A model generated the notes under the pieces. It worked only from the letters and a program-made list of their open reading frames with translations. It had not been told where the DNA came from and did no database searches. Below are positions 1 to 10,675 of a stretch of 64,000 nt of DNA, piece by piece. The position numbers and the translations under genes are program-made. The stretch's first letter is position 1; every line of letters begins with the position of its first letter. Source of the DNA: Bdellovibrio sp. (lineage in GTDB: Bacteria > Bdellovibrionota > Bdellovibrionia > Bdellovibrionales > Bdellovibrionaceae); assembly GCA_036677065.1 (NCBI GenBank), contig JAKFBS010000001.1, positions 192,001 to 256,000 of the forward strand, given 5' to 3'.

Positions 1-1913
1 TCTGGGTATACTGACGCATCTACAACACGCAAGTTTTTTACACCATGAACTTTAAATTTACTGTCAACAACCGCAGACATATCATTGGCGCGACCCATTT
101 TACTTGTACAAGAGGCATGGTGTCCCCAAGCTTCTTTCATGATCCAAGATTTTAAATCATTCGGGTTTTTCATGTCATCGCCCGGGTAAGTTTCACGCTT
201 GAAGTAATCATCACCTATGTATTTATTGATTCTGCGGGCTACATTTAAACCTTCATAAACTGCATTTAAATCTTCAGTTAATCCATTTTTTTCGTCATGA
301 AAATAACTGAAATTAATATTTGGTGTATCGCGTGGATCAGTTGATTTTAATTTAACTTGGCCGGCATGATTTTTAGTGTGCCCTTTTAAAATCGCCCAAG
401 TGAAATAACTTGGTTCGTTTGGATTTTTTGGCGTCGTATCAGCTGAATAACTTGGGTAATAGCCTGTGAATTTACCCGGAACACCAAAGATACATAAATC
501 AGGAGATTTTTGTTTGTCACTTGATTTACGAATTAACGATAACGCCACGCCATTAGATCCATAAATATGATCTTTTGGATTTTTTAGATATTCCTGCCAG
601 CAAGGATCTTTATCAAATTCATTGTTTTTTGCAAACGTGCAGTTTTCGATAAGTCCGATAGGCTTATTTAATTCACTGACGACGGTTACTTCGTAACGAT
701 CTTGTAAGTTTAAACCAACTCCCGGAAGGTTTTTAACCATCGGGATGCCGTGTTTTTGTAATTCTTGTTCATTACCGATTCCAGATAACATTAAAAGTTG
801 CGGCGTATTGAATGCGCCACCCGCTAAGATAACTTCGCGTTTAACCATAGCTTTTTTTGGTGTGCCCATAAAAGCCGAAGCTTTTTGTTTATTCATTACA
901 TCAGCGCGGTACGCATGTGCACCTTCGATAAATTCAACGCCGATGGCTTTTGTTTTATCGTTTGGATCAAAAATAACTTTTGTGCAAAGGGCATCAGTTT
1001 TTACAAATAAATTACCCGGCAGGCGTTGACGCGTTTCTAAAATAAGTTCGCGAACACCATGGCGAATACCATTAACTGCATTGAATGGCATATTGAATAC
1101 ACCATTATATTTTTTATCAACATAGCCCTTATCATTGGGATTTAGTTTTAAACTTGGGCTTGTATTGATCATTTTTTGTAAACCGTCTAAATCTAAGTTT
1201 AAGAGTTTATCGAAAAAATTAGTCGTTGTATCCCAAGTATCAACTCTTAAGGCTGCGACTGCCATACGAGTTAAAAAGCGGTCTTTCGCTAATGTCCAAG
1301 GGCTAGATTGGTTCAGCGTTAACCAACCACCATTAGCCGATTGCATTTTTTGAAAACGAGAATACATGTCTTTTGCGTTCCAAGAAGCATCACCAGTTAA
1401 ATTACCAATGTTGTTCCAGTCTTCGTTATCAGGATATAAATTAATTAAAGCATTTACACGGGTACAGCCACCGATACCAGCAGCACGTGGGTAGTAAATG
1501 CTTGGGTTATTTTTTTGAAATTTAGAATTCCAGGTTTCCATATTTTTATAGAGACTGCTGTCTTGGTAACGATCAACGAAATAAGACCAGTTTAAAAGTG
1601 GATCATCACTGGCTTTAGCATGAAATACCGGAGTCGCAGACATCTTATTTGTACTTTCACCACCGGCTTCTAAAAGTAAAACGCGGTAGCCAGATTTTGC
1701 AAGCCCGCAAGCCAACGGCCCGCCCCCGGCTCCAGAGCCTACGATAATAAAATCAAAACGATCGTTTTCATCGATCTTCCAATTATTATCTGTAGAAGGC
1801 GCGCGGGTTAAAGAATCAAATGTTGAACATCCCGTAAACGCAGCGGCCGTAGCGGCAACAGCGGTAGCAGATTGAACAAACTTTCTACGATTGATTTTTT
1901 TATTTTTCTTCAT
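1..1913 (-). CDS. GMC family FAD oxidoreductase, Tat-exported lipoprotein (3' end runs off the window; missing from the ORF track)
   Basis: Manual translation from ATG 1913: MKKNKKINRRKFVQSATAVAATAAAFTGC...FDFIIVGSGAGGGPLACGLAKSGYRVLLLEAGG (Rossmann GxGxxG). The C-terminal part reads WGHHASCTSKMG...VVDSKFKVHGVKNLRVVDASVYP. Confidence 0.9.
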   Translation of the reverse strand, partial: MKKNKKINRRKFVQSATAVAATAAAFTGCSTFDSLTRAPSTDNNWKIDENDRFDFIIVGSGAGGGPLACGLAKSGYRVLLLEAGGESTNKMSATPVFHAKASDDPLLNWSYFVDRYQDSSLYKNMETWNSKFQKNNPSIYYPRAAGIGGCTRVNALINLYPDNEDWNNIGNLTGDASWNAKDMYSRFQKMQSANGGWLTLNQSSPWTLAKDRFLTRMAVAALRVDTWDTTTNFFDKLLNLDLDGLQKMINTSPSLKLNPNDKGYVDKKYNGVFNMPFNAVNGIRHGVRELILETRQRLPGNLFVKTDALCTKVIFDPNDKTKAIGVEFIEGAHAYRADVMNKQKASAFMGTPKKAMVKREVILAGGAFNTPQLLMLSGIGNEQELQKHGIPMVKNLPGVGLNLQDRYEVTVVSELNKPIGLIENCTFAKNNEFDKDPCWQEYLKNPKDHIYGSNGVALSLIRKSSDKQKSPDLCIFGVPGKFTGYYPSYSADTTPKNPNEPSYFTWAILKGHTKNHAGQVKLKSTDPRDTPNINFSYFHDEKNGLTEDLNAVYEGLNVARRINKYIGDDYFKRETYPGDDMKNPNDLKSWIMKEAWGHHASCTSKMGRANDMSAVVDSKFKVHGVKNLRVVDASVYP

Positions 1914-2120
1914 CTCTATAGAATAGTGGCCAGGGGCTTCTTTCAAAAGTCCGGATCGCCGACAGCCAGACCAGCGTCTAGTGTGTCAACCTTGGTTCGG
2001 TGCAAAAACGGTAAAGTTTTTGTCAATTTACAAAGAGTGCCGGGGCATAATTCACCATTTATAAGATCGATAAAGTTATATTTAGCGTAGTGAGCCAAGA
2101 TTGGTTATATTCGCCGACTT

Positions 2121-4145
2121 ATGGCAATTAAAAAACTCTGGCTGAATCTGTCAGTCCAAAAAAAGCTATTTAGCTTAGTCGGCATCATGGCCCTGCTGGT
2201 AACTTTGGAGTTATTTACATTAATTTTTGCTATGAATACTCTTTCAGGTGTTCGCGGATATGTCGGCGGCGAAAGTGTTTGGTCTAAAGGACAAAAAACT
2301 GCAGTTTACAATTTGCTACAGTATCTATTTACGAAACAACCAGAAAACTACGAAAAATTTAAAACGGCCCTCGAGGTGCCTTTAGGCGATCGGGATGTTC
2401 GCATTGAATTATTAAAAGATACCTATGATGCCAAGATCGTTGATGAAGGTTTTGCCCAGGGAAACATTCACGCAAGCGATAGACCTGCAATGATTCGTCT
2501 GGTGAGACGTTTTAAGGATGTGCCAATCTTGGCCAAGACCATAGATATTTGGGCCCAGGGCGACGAACAGATCGAAGAGCTCATGTTGCTGGGCGAAACA
2601 ATTCATCGTGAAGTTTTGCGTGAGGCAATTAATCAAAACAGACAACGTTATTTTATCTTTGAAATTAACCGTTTAGACAACGAACTTTCTCGGCTTGAAA
2701 GTGAATTTTCATCTACCTTAGGAGACGCTTCGCGCGTTTTAGAAGATGTATTAATGTTTGTTCTAATTTTTGCGATCCTGATTGTTGAATCGACAGGACT
2801 TTATTTAACTTATCGTGTGGGCCGCAGTCTTACAAATACTTTGCGTGAACTAAATGTAGCTGCGATCAAAGTTGGTAATGGTGATTTTTCACAAAGAGTG
2901 CAAGTTCGATCTAATGATGAACTTGGGCAATTGTCTCAATCACTAAATAAAATGGTCGAGCGGTTAGAAAATCAAACGCAAGAACGCCAACATGCTGAAC
3001 AAGCAAGCCAGGCTAAAAATTTATTTCTGGCAAATATGTCGCATGAAATTCGCACGCCATTAAATGCCATTTTAGGTTTTTCTGAAATTTTACAAGATCA
3101 GTACTTAGAAGAACCTGATAAAAAGCGCTATGCGGCTATTATTCGCCGTACGGGCGAAAGTTTAAATACAATCATTAATGATATTTTAGACATCTCAAAA
3201 ATTGAAGCCGACCACATTGAATCACAAGAGGCAGTCTTTTCGCTTCCGCAAATGCTTTCAGACTTATATGCCTTACTTAAAATGCGCTGTGATGAAAAAG
3301 GCATTCAACTTATTTTTGAACGCATTGGTTACGTGTCTGAATATATTGTTTCTGACCAGACAAGGCTGCGCCAAATTCTAACGAACCTGATTGGTAATTC
3401 AATTAAGTTTACCGAAAAAGGTCACGTGATGTTGACCTATGAAGTTCGTGGTTCAATGTTATTTTTTACCGTCAGCGATACAGGAGCCGGAATCTCTGAA
3501 GAACAACGCGGAAATCTATTTAAAGTTTTTTCTCAGGGTGATAGTTCGGTTAGAAAAAAATATGGCGGTACAGGTTTGGGACTAAGTATCGCCCAAAAAC
3601 TTTCGCAACTTTTAGGCGGCGATTCGGGATTATTAGACAGCGAAGAAGGCTTAGGAAGTTTATTCTACGTTCAGGTAAAATATCAGCCTACTGAAAAGCC
3701 TGTGACTGAAGAAGCTCCGGTAAATACACCGATTAATACGCGCCTTATAGAAAATAAAAATATTTTAGTTGTTGAAGATTCATTAGATAATCAAATGCTA
3801 ATTGAATTCTATTTAACGAAAAATAAAGCCAACGTCGTGTTTGCCAATAATGGCTTAGAAGGTGTCGAAGCGGCTTTAAAAGGAAACTTCGATTTAATAT
3901 TAATGGATATTCAAATGCCGATTTTGGATGGTTACGCGGCCACCGAAGAATTACGCCGTCAGGGCGTGGCGATTCCAATTATCGCTTTAACTGGTTATGC
4001 TATGAAAGAAGATCAAGATAAGTGTATGCGCGCAGGCTGTAACGAGTTCTTGGCTAAGCCTATTCACAAAGATAAGCTTCTGGCGACTTTGGCGAAGTAC
4101 TTTCAGGCAACTAAGCTTAAGCAGCGTCCGCTTGATTTCATTTGA
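2121..4145 (+). CDS. Hybrid sensor histidine kinase (2 TM, HAMP, HisKA, HATPase, receiver)
   Basis: H-box FLANMSHEIRTPLN, N-box NLIGNSIKFT, G boxes DTGAG and GGTGLGL, receiver LMDIQMP. Confidence 0.93.
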   Translation: MAIKKLWLNLSVQKKLFSLVGIMALLVTLELFTLIFAMNTLSGVRGYVGGESVWSKGQKTAVYNLLQYLFTKQPENYEKFKTALEVPLGDRDVRIELLKDTYDAKIVDEGFAQGNIHASDRPAMIRLVRRFKDVPILAKTIDIWAQGDEQIEELMLLGETIHREVLREAINQNRQRYFIFEINRLDNELSRLESEFSSTLGDASRVLEDVLMFVLIFAILIVESTGLYLTYRVGRSLTNTLRELNVAAIKVGNGDFSQRVQVRSNDELGQLSQSLNKMVERLENQTQERQHAEQASQAKNLFLANMSHEIRTPLNAILGFSEILQDQYLEEPDKKRYAAIIRRTGESLNTIINDILDISKIEADHIESQEAVFSLPQMLSDLYALLKMRCDEKGIQLIFERIGYVSEYIVSDQTRLRQILTNLIGNSIKFTEKGHVMLTYEVRGSMLFFTVSDTGAGISEEQRGNLFKVFSQGDSSVRKKYGGTGLGLSIAQKLSQLLGGDSGLLDSEEGLGSLFYVQVKYQPTEKPVTEEAPVNTPINTRLIENKNILVVEDSLDNQMLIEFYLTKNKANVVFANNGLEGVEAALKGNFDLILMDIQMPILDGYAATEELRRQGVAIPIIALTGYAMKEDQDKCMRAGCNEFLAKPIHKDKLLATLAKYFQATKLKQRPLDFI

Positions 4146-4192
4146 TACTTTTAAAGTTTTAGCTATAGTTAAGCCAAAAATGAAAGGCGCTG

Positions 4193-4990
4193 ATGAAGAA
4201 ATTTAAAATTGTACTGACGCTAGTTTTATGGTCGCAAGTAGCTGCAGCAAATCCTTCAGCGCTTTGCGAATCAAATGTGGTTGATGGTTTGGTGCGTTTT
4301 TCTAACGGAATCACGGCTTCAACTAAAAACACTGTTCAGGTTTTAACTTGGAATGTTTTAAAATTCAAAAGAGAAAATTCTTTTACAGATTTCACGAACC
4401 TTTCAAATCAAGCTGATGTTGCTTTTATTCAAGAGGCGATTCATTCGACTGATCTACAGAATAAAACAGCTCAAAGTATTTCTATGGATTGGACTTTTTT
4501 TAAAAGCTTTTGCCGCGAGTACGGTGCCAGCGGAGTTCAAACGGGCAGCCGCTTTCCACAACAGCAAGTAGATGCAGTTTTGGCACCTGCGGTAGAGCCG
4601 ATCGTGAACACTCCTAAAGTAACCGGCTATTCGGTTGTTGAAATTTCTGGGCACAAAGTTTTATTAATCAATGTGCATGGATTGAATGCGAATAAAGGTT
4701 TAGATTTTGAAAAGCATATGGATCAAATTTACAACGTGGCTATAAAATTTGAAGGACCAGTTATTTGGGCCGGAGATTTTAACACGTGGAACCCTGTTCG
4801 CATGGCGTATTTGAAAAACAAAGCTCAGGCTTTGGGGATGACTTTGCTTGTTCCTGAAACTGATATTCGTAAGTTGAAGTTGGATCATATTTTAGTGCGC
4901 GGATTTAAGGTTAAAGCAGTTAAAATCCTTGATACCTATGTCTCATCTGATCACTGGCCAGTTATAGCTGAGCTAGAATTTGCTCCATAG
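4193..4990 (+). CDS. Secreted endonuclease/exonuclease/phosphatase (EEP) family protein
   Basis: TWNV, IQEA, AGDFN, LDHI and SDHWP motifs; N-terminal signal peptide. Confidence 0.88.
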   Translation: MKKFKIVLTLVLWSQVAAANPSALCESNVVDGLVRFSNGITASTKNTVQVLTWNVLKFKRENSFTDFTNLSNQADVAFIQEAIHSTDLQNKTAQSISMDWTFFKSFCREYGASGVQTGSRFPQQQVDAVLAPAVEPIVNTPKVTGYSVVEISGHKVLLINVHGLNANKGLDFEKHMDQIYNVAIKFEGPVIWAGDFNTWNPVRMAYLKNKAQALGMTLLVPETDIRKLKLDHILVRGFKVKAVKILDTYVSSDHWPVIAELEFAP

Positions 4991-5492
4991 AATCACTGAC
5001 AATAAGCATATCAAGATGTTCTTGTGAAACTAAGCCAGAGTTCACGCAATTTTTTAAAAATGCTAAATAATGATCGTAAAACCCATTGTGATTAAAAATC
5101 GCGATGGGCTTATCGTGCAATTTAATTTGTCGCCAGGTAATGATTTCATTTAATTCATCCATCGTGCCAAAGCCGCCTGGTAAGGCGATAAAGGCATCAG
5201 AGAGTTCCATCATTTTTAATTTTCTTTGATGCATGGTTTCGACCTGATGAAGTTCGGTAATTTTTTCGTGAGCGACTTCAAAATCAAAAACAAGCTTTGG
5301 AATAACACCAACAACGCGTCCGCCCTGGGCTAGGGCGCCGTCAGCCACCTGACCCATCAATCCAACCTTAGCACCACCATAGACCACGGCATGGCCACGT
5401 TCAGCGATCATCTCGCCGACCTTGTAGGCCATTGGCATTAAGCTAGAGTCATTACCTTTGCGAGAACCACAATAAATACAAATCGACTTCAT
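4962..5492 (-). CDS. LOG family nucleotide phosphoribohydrolase (TIGR00730)
   Basis: YGG..GLMG and ALPGGFGTMDEL motifs. Confidence 0.92.
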   Translation of the reverse strand: MKSICIYCGSRKGNDSSLMPMAYKVGEMIAERGHAVVYGGAKVGLMGQVADGALAQGGRVVGVIPKLVFDFEVAHEKITELHQVETMHQRKLKMMELSDAFIALPGGFGTMDELNEIITWRQIKLHDKPIAIFNHNGFYDHYLAFLKNCVNSGLVSQEHLDMLIVSDSMEQILAQL

Positions 5493-5669
5493 AGGCTCTA
5501 TTTTGCAGTTAAAAACCCATTAAGACATCTGCAAAGTGGTTCCACGTCTAGGTTCCAAGTTGGGTTTTACCGGGCAAATTTGCCACAGAGAAAAAATGGC
5601 TATTGCGGTTTTTAGAAGGGATCAGTTATACCTCAGCCATCAATTTAACTTTTAACAAAGGAATAAAAA

Positions 5670-6101
5670 ATGAAAACATTATTAGCTTCAATGGTATTTG
5701 CTTTTTCAACAATCGCGGCTGCAGCAACTTATGAACTACCAAAAAAAAGCACGAACCTGTCGTTATTAACTGAAGGTAAAGTTTCTGTAGTAACACATAT
5801 GCCTAATTGCCCGAAACCAGCAATGTGCGAACCGGCAGCGATTTTAAAAATTCAATTTACATTAAATGGCTGCATGGACACTTTAGGTCCTGTAACAATC
5901 AACCAAGTTGGTACAACTGCTGACGGCAAAATGAAATTCGTAGTTACCGCTTACAACACAGCTAACGAAGCTTCTACATATACAAAATGCTTTCGTGCGC
6001 CAATCGGTGTTGCCACTCAAGTTATTGGTTTAGGTTTTTTATCAAACGACAGCGTAGAAGTTGAATTCTCGAATCATTTTGTTCGTACTGAAACTTTATA
6101 A
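5670..6101 (+). CDS. Secreted hypothetical protein with 4 Cys
   Basis: Signal peptide, AAGGA SD. Confidence 0.7.
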   Translation: MKTLLASMVFAFSTIAAAATYELPKKSTNLSLLTEGKVSVVTHMPNCPKPAMCEPAAILKIQFTLNGCMDTLGPVTINQVGTTADGKMKFVVTAYNTANEASTYTKCFRAPIGVATQVIGLGFLSNDSVEVEFSNHFVRTETL

Positions 6102-6136
6102 GCTAAGATTTTAAAGTTCGCCGCATAGCTGACCAC

Positions 6137-6598
6137 TTAGATCAGCGACTGCGGCGCTACAGATTCGTTTGTCGGAATATGGATTTCCATTGAAATATGG
6201 GTATTTAAAATTTTTCCGACCGGGCAGTTGTCTTTGGTAAGGCTTGCGATTTCATCAATTTCTTTTGGTCGCGCACTGGGTATGTTAGCAATAATACGCA
6301 AGTGAATTTGTGGAATCTTCCAGCCACTTAAAGTTTTATCTAAATGCACCTCGGCAGTTACGTCTAAGCGTTCAGGTATATGCCCGCGTTTTTCTAGCTC
6401 GCCCGCTAAGGCCATTGAAAAACAACTTCCATAAGCTGCGCCAATTAATTCTTCGGGATTAGTGCCAGGTAATTCTTCAAAGCGTTGCGAATAAGAATAA
6501 GAAATATTTTGTAGCGCTCCACTTTCTGTCGAGATAGTGCCTTTGCCGCGTTTTAAGCCCCCGCGCCAGTGGATAAGTGCTGTTTTTTTCATATTCAT
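6137..6598 (-). CDS. osmC: OsmC family peroxiredoxin
   Basis: GTNPEELIGAA..SCF and CPV catalytic cysteines. Confidence 0.88.
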   Translation of the reverse strand: MNMKKTALIHWRGGLKRGKGTISTESGALQNISYSYSQRFEELPGTNPEELIGAAYGSCFSMALAGELEKRGHIPERLDVTAEVHLDKTLSGWKIPQIHLRIIANIPSARPKEIDEIASLTKDNCPVGKILNTHISMEIHIPTNESVAPQSLI

Positions 6599-6607
6599 TC
6601 TCCTTAT

Positions 6608-7279
6608 TTAAATATAGCTTTCGCGCATTTTTGCATTTCGCGCTTTCATAATGTCTAAGACCTCTTGATCAGTAACTTGGGTAAAATCTGTATAAAACTG
6701 ACTGACCGCTAATAAAGTTGATGATTGTTGAAAACAAACAATGTCGTCAAATTCAGGCGGATGCGATTGCACTGTTGCATCTGGAGCAATCGGAACCGCT
6801 AAAATAATCTGTTGAGCACCCTTGCTTCGCACATATTGGGCCGCTACGCGTGCCGTAACTCCAGTGGCAAGGCCATCATCAACAAGGATGATCGTTTTAC
6901 CGTTAAGCGAAGGCAGTGGCCGATCATTTCGGTATTTTTTTATTCTGCGTGCAACTTCAAGAGTTTCTTTTTCCACCACTTGCTGAATTTGCATAGGCTG
7001 AATATCAGAAACGCGAATCGCACCAGGATCTGTCCAGTAATAACCTTCTTCGGTAATGGCCCCAATGCCATATTCAGGCTGATATGGGTGGCCAATTTTT
7101 CTGACCACTAAAATGTCCATGGGGATATTTAAGACATTTGCGACCTCAACGGCCACGGGCACTCCGCCACGCGGAAGCGCTAAAATCAAACTATTCATTC
7201 GATCCAGTTTTATTGCTTTTTGTAGATGAGTTGCTAGTAGCCGCCCAGCTTGTTTACGATCTTGAAATATTTTTTTCAT
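6608..7279 (-). CDS. Phosphoribosyltransferase family protein
   Basis: ALPRGGVPVA and LVDDGLATG PRPP loop; start placed at MKKIFQDR. Confidence 0.88.
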   Translation of the reverse strand: MKKIFQDRKQAGRLLATHLQKAIKLDRMNSLILALPRGGVPVAVEVANVLNIPMDILVVRKIGHPYQPEYGIGAITEEGYYWTDPGAIRVSDIQPMQIQQVVEKETLEVARRIKKYRNDRPLPSLNGKTIILVDDGLATGVTARVAAQYVRSKGAQQIILAVPIAPDATVQSHPPEFDDIVCFQQSSTLLAVSQFYTDFTQVTDQEVLDIMKARNAKMRESYI

Positions 7280-7311
7280 AGTTTTGGTCCAAACCAACAC
7301 CTATAAACAGC

Positions 7312-7343
7312 AAAAAAAAAGCCGAGGTTAATTGCCTCGGCTA
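7312..7343 (-). terminator. Rho-independent terminator
   Basis: agccgagg/cctcggct hairpin followed by a T run on the minus strand, after the 7371-7976 gene. Confidence 0.75.
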
Positions 7344-7370
7344 TAAATTATTTATTTTTTAACAATGAAT

Positions 7371-7976
7371 CTATCTTGGAAATTTAGTTTCTAAATCTTT
7401 GATAAGTTGTAACCAAGTTTTTTGGTCAGCTAACAAAGTCTGAGTTTCTTCAGCCCAAGCCGGGTATTCAGCAATATCAGTTTTATAACAATTTACATCA
7501 GGAACTTCAGTGTAAAAGCTATAGTTCGTAGACCAACAAGCTGGATCCATTGTGTTATTCATAGTTTCTAAGAAATTATTGATCGCTGGTAATTTTTGCC
7601 CGCTTAAATTAGCTTTCACGTACGGCGCGATCATTTCAGGAAATCCATCAATACGCACATCGCGTTTTAACATAACTTCTGACACTTCTTCTTGGTAAAA
7701 TTCGATTAAACCGAATTTTTTAGAAATGATAGTGTATCCCTTAGCCGGATAATCTTTTTTCGGCGAACAGTAGTTCTTAATAACGATCATATCAGGGCTT
7801 GTGTAAACACAGCTCTTGATCGTTGCAAAACCATACGCCATTCCAGTTTCAGTGTATTTGAAACTTGTCGCATCGATTGTTGCCATTAAGTCTTTAACTG
7901 GTTTTGCTTCAAGCAATACCGCGTGAGCGTTGATAGATAGAAGACAGATCGTAATAAGTTGGATTAGTGTTTTCAT
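7371..7976 (-). CDS. Secreted hypothetical protein
   Basis: Signal peptide ending AHA, 201 aa ORF. Confidence 0.7.
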   Translation of the reverse strand: MKTLIQLITICLLSINAHAVLLEAKPVKDLMATIDATSFKYTETGMAYGFATIKSCVYTSPDMIVIKNYCSPKKDYPAKGYTIISKKFGLIEFYQEEVSEVMLKRDVRIDGFPEMIAPYVKANLSGQKLPAINNFLETMNNTMDPACWSTNYSFYTEVPDVNCYKTDIAEYPAWAEETQTLLADQKTWLQLIKDLETKFPR

Positions 7977-8103
7977 ACTTAAAGCCTAGAACAGCTGTGA
8001 ATATTGGCAAGTATAAACAAATAAACAAAAGAAATAGTGCAAAAGCGGAACTAAAGTCGAGGTCTTTTGCCCCGACTTTATGAAAATTAACAGGATATAA
8101 AAT

Positions 8104-8673
8104 TTAAAAAATATAACCAGCACCAACTAAAATATTAGATGCTGATTCATAGGTGTGAGTCATAGTTTGTAAACCAACATTGAAAGCCATGTGATTAAGT
8201 TTATAAATACCATCAGCGCGAAGCCCAAAGCCGGTGTTATTTTCAACATCACGTAAATCAGTTCTTCTTTCAAAAACCATGAATGGATTAATTACGAAAT
8301 TTTTATTCATATCGTGTGGCATAATATAATACGCACCACCAAGCATAACTTGAGTCGTCTCAACACTTAATTCAGTTCCATCGGCAAAAGATTTTTTGCT
8401 GATGGGTTCTTTTTTATCGGATTCACCAGAATAACCCAAAGAAAAAGCTGTCGCTTGGCCTACGAATAAATTGGCGTTGATATTAAAGTTTCCAGTAATT
8501 AAACCGCTAATAGAAGTTGAGATGTGTCCAGCAGGTTGCATAACTTGCGAAGGAGTTACCGCCGCTAATTGAATTTTTGAAGTCTCAACAGACTGAGCTG
8601 TTGAAGCAGGTTTTTTAGCGTATGCAGAAACAGATAAAACGATTGTTGCAAAAGCAATTGCGAATACTTTCAT
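8104..8673 (-). CDS. Putative outer-membrane beta-barrel protein
   Basis: Signal peptide, amphipathic strands, C-terminal GAGYIF, GAGGGG SD. Confidence 0.7.
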   Translation of the reverse strand: MKVFAIAFATIVLSVSAYAKKPASTAQSVETSKIQLAAVTPSQVMQPAGHISTSISGLITGNFNINANLFVGQATAFSLGYSGESDKKEPISKKSFADGTELSVETTQVMLGGAYYIMPHDMNKNFVINPFMVFERRTDLRDVENNTGFGLRADGIYKLNHMAFNVGLQTMTHTYESASNILVGAGYIF

Positions 8674-8777
8674 GAAAAATTCCCCTCTATGGTTATTGTT
8701 AGCTGATTATAGAAAGGTAATTTGTGAATGAACAAGAAAGTATTTATTTTCAGAGATAAATGCGCAAAGATTGAGCG

Positions 8778-9515
8778 CTATTTTTTTAAAATAAGCATCA
8801 CGCCTAAGACATGACTATTCACATCAACTGAATAGGTTTTACCGGTGGTTGCTGTGTATGCGGGAGTGCTGCTCCAAGCTTGCCACTTCTGTGCAGCAAA
8901 AGCGCCGTACTGTAAATTTGAACTATGGTGATAAAGTGCTCCTAAATACGCCCAGCGTTCTTCAGTTGAGTGGGAACCATAGTTCAAAGCTAATACATGT
9001 TCTGCTTGTAGAAAAAAACTAGTGATAGGTTCATTTTCACCTAACCAAAAATAAGTTAGATTTGGTCGTAATCGTAAAGATCTATCAGAATTAAAAAAGT
9101 TATATTCGTAACGAGTTTTAAATTCGAAAGTCCAATTATCACTTAAGCTAAACTTTGGCGAGACATCTAGAATCGCTAAATCTTCGCCGCGATCATCGGT
9201 GTTCTGCCATTGCCATAAAGTGACGGGGTCTTTAAACCAGTCTTCATTATGACGAAACCCATATTGGCGTTGGTAAAATAAGCCTGCTCGTAAGTTATCA
9301 AAAAAACGGTAATAGCTGCCAAGAAAAACCGTTTTATATTCGCGCCCATCAGATTGATCGGTTAATTGGATTTCGCTGAATAAAGTAAATTGTTTTACAG
9401 GGTGTAAATAACGAAGACGAGCTTCGCCTTCGGTCGTTGTTTTAATGTCGTCAGGTACGTTGCCAACAGCAAAAACTGTGCTGCTAAAAAATAATATCAG
9501 AAAAAAATTAATCAT
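8778..9515 (-). CDS. Putative outer-membrane beta-barrel protein (DUF2490-like)
   Basis: Signal peptide, alternating aromatic strands, RYEY...RLRP pattern. Confidence 0.55.
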   Translation of the reverse strand: MINFFLILFFSSTVFAVGNVPDDIKTTTEGEARLRYLHPVKQFTLFSEIQLTDQSDGREYKTVFLGSYYRFFDNLRAGLFYQRQYGFRHNEDWFKDPVTLWQWQNTDDRGEDLAILDVSPKFSLSDNWTFEFKTRYEYNFFNSDRSLRLRPNLTYFWLGENEPITSFFLQAEHVLALNYGSHSTEERWAYLGALYHHSSNLQYGAFAAQKWQAWSSTPAYTATTGKTYSVDVNSHVLGVMLILKK

Positions 9516-10146
9516 AATCTTCTTTTAAAAGATTTTCATATTTAATTTCTACTTTGTTTTCAACATCACCCGTTGATGGATCAAGATTCCAGTTTAATTT
9601 TTTTGTCCAAGCATATTTTTTCGGAGGTGTGACATCTTGGCCTGCAGGAATAACAACCCCTTCGCCTTCGTTGACGATAACTGATTTTTTACCTTTAGTG
9701 CTGGTCACTTCGACACTGCCTTCGTTCACACACATCCAGACATCAGATTTTTTATCTTCGCTTTGGCCGTAAGAGGTAAAAAATTCTGTACCGCGAACAC
9801 CAATAACTGCAACCGGAGTATGTACTTTAAATTGTTGGTTAGTTTTTTGTTTTGAAACCTTACTAAAGAGTGAACCAGAATTTAGATGAATACTGTTATC
9901 GTTAGGAATTGATAAATCAGTTTTAAGGCCTAATTTAAAAATCGCGCCATCATCCATGGTGATAATCGCAAAAGATTTTAACCCAGTTTTAATATTATCG
10001 CCTGAACTGACAACGGTGCCCGGTAGCGCTTTGGTAGTTTTACCTTGAGAAGTAAGACTGACTTCGCCGCGCACATGATTAATTTTACCGGTTGCTGACT
10101 CGACGATCACAGGAAACAAAATGATGAAAAAAATGAATAAACGCAT
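9508..10146 (-). CDS. FecR domain protein
   Basis: GD.IKTG, TPVAVIGVRGTEF, EGSVEV. Confidence 0.85.
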   Translation of the reverse strand: MRLFIFFIILFPVIVESATGKINHVRGEVSLTSQGKTTKALPGTVVSSGDNIKTGLKSFAIITMDDGAIFKLGLKTDLSIPNDNSIHLNSGSLFSKVSKQKTNQQFKVHTPVAVIGVRGTEFFTSYGQSEDKKSDVWMCVNEGSVEVTSTKGKKSVIVNEGEGVVIPAGQDVTPPKKYAWTKKLNWNLDPSTGDVENKVEIKYENLLKEDYD

Positions 10147-10261
10147 AAGCTAATCACACTTGATTCACCGCCTAAATACAAGATTGTTTTTGCTTCTGGG
10201 CATTGGTCTATTTGCTGGCGCTAACTAGTTCATAGAATGTTAAAACATGGTTAAATTAGGT

Positions 10262-10675
10262 ATGCGCAACATATTCAAATTAGTTTTGATGTTTTTACTG
10301 TTTTCTCAAATTGCTCACGCCGAGAAAATAGTTTTACCCCTGGCCGACTTATCGGCTTTTGTAGCCAAGCAAGAAAAAGCAGATAGCTATGATGTTCGCA
10401 GACTTTTTATTAAAAAAGATCCAAGTTTTAAAAACGGATTAGTTATCTTGAATGTGATGTGCGGCCAAGGTCTTTGTACGAATTATATTTTTGCTAAAAA
10501 TCCTGCCGGAAATTTTGAATTTGTCGGTAACATGGATGGCCTCTTCGAAGAATCACAAGAAAATGCGGCAACACCTGATTTTCCTGATCTTTGGACGAAA
10601 ACAAAATCCGGTAACGAATCTGAATTAATCAAATGGTCTTACAATGCAAAGAATCAAGTCTATGAAGTTAAGTAA
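10262..10675 (+). CDS. Secreted hypothetical protein with a CGxGxC motif
   Basis: Signal peptide ending AHA; CGQGLC; overlaps the next gene; start at 10247 or 10262. Confidence 0.65.
   Translation: MRNIFKLVLMFLLFSQIAHAEKIVLPLADLSAFVAKQEKADSYDVRRLFIKKDPSFKNGLVILNVMCGQGLCTNYIFAKNPAGNFEFVGNMDGLFEESQENAATPDFPDLWTKTKSGNESELIKWSYNAKNQVYEVK

Noticed and set aside
745..2090. Plus-strand ORFs 745-1029, 1135-1353 and 1872-2090
   Set aside because: The first two are antisense shadows of the minus-strand GMC gene; the third overlaps its start and promoter region and has no coding features
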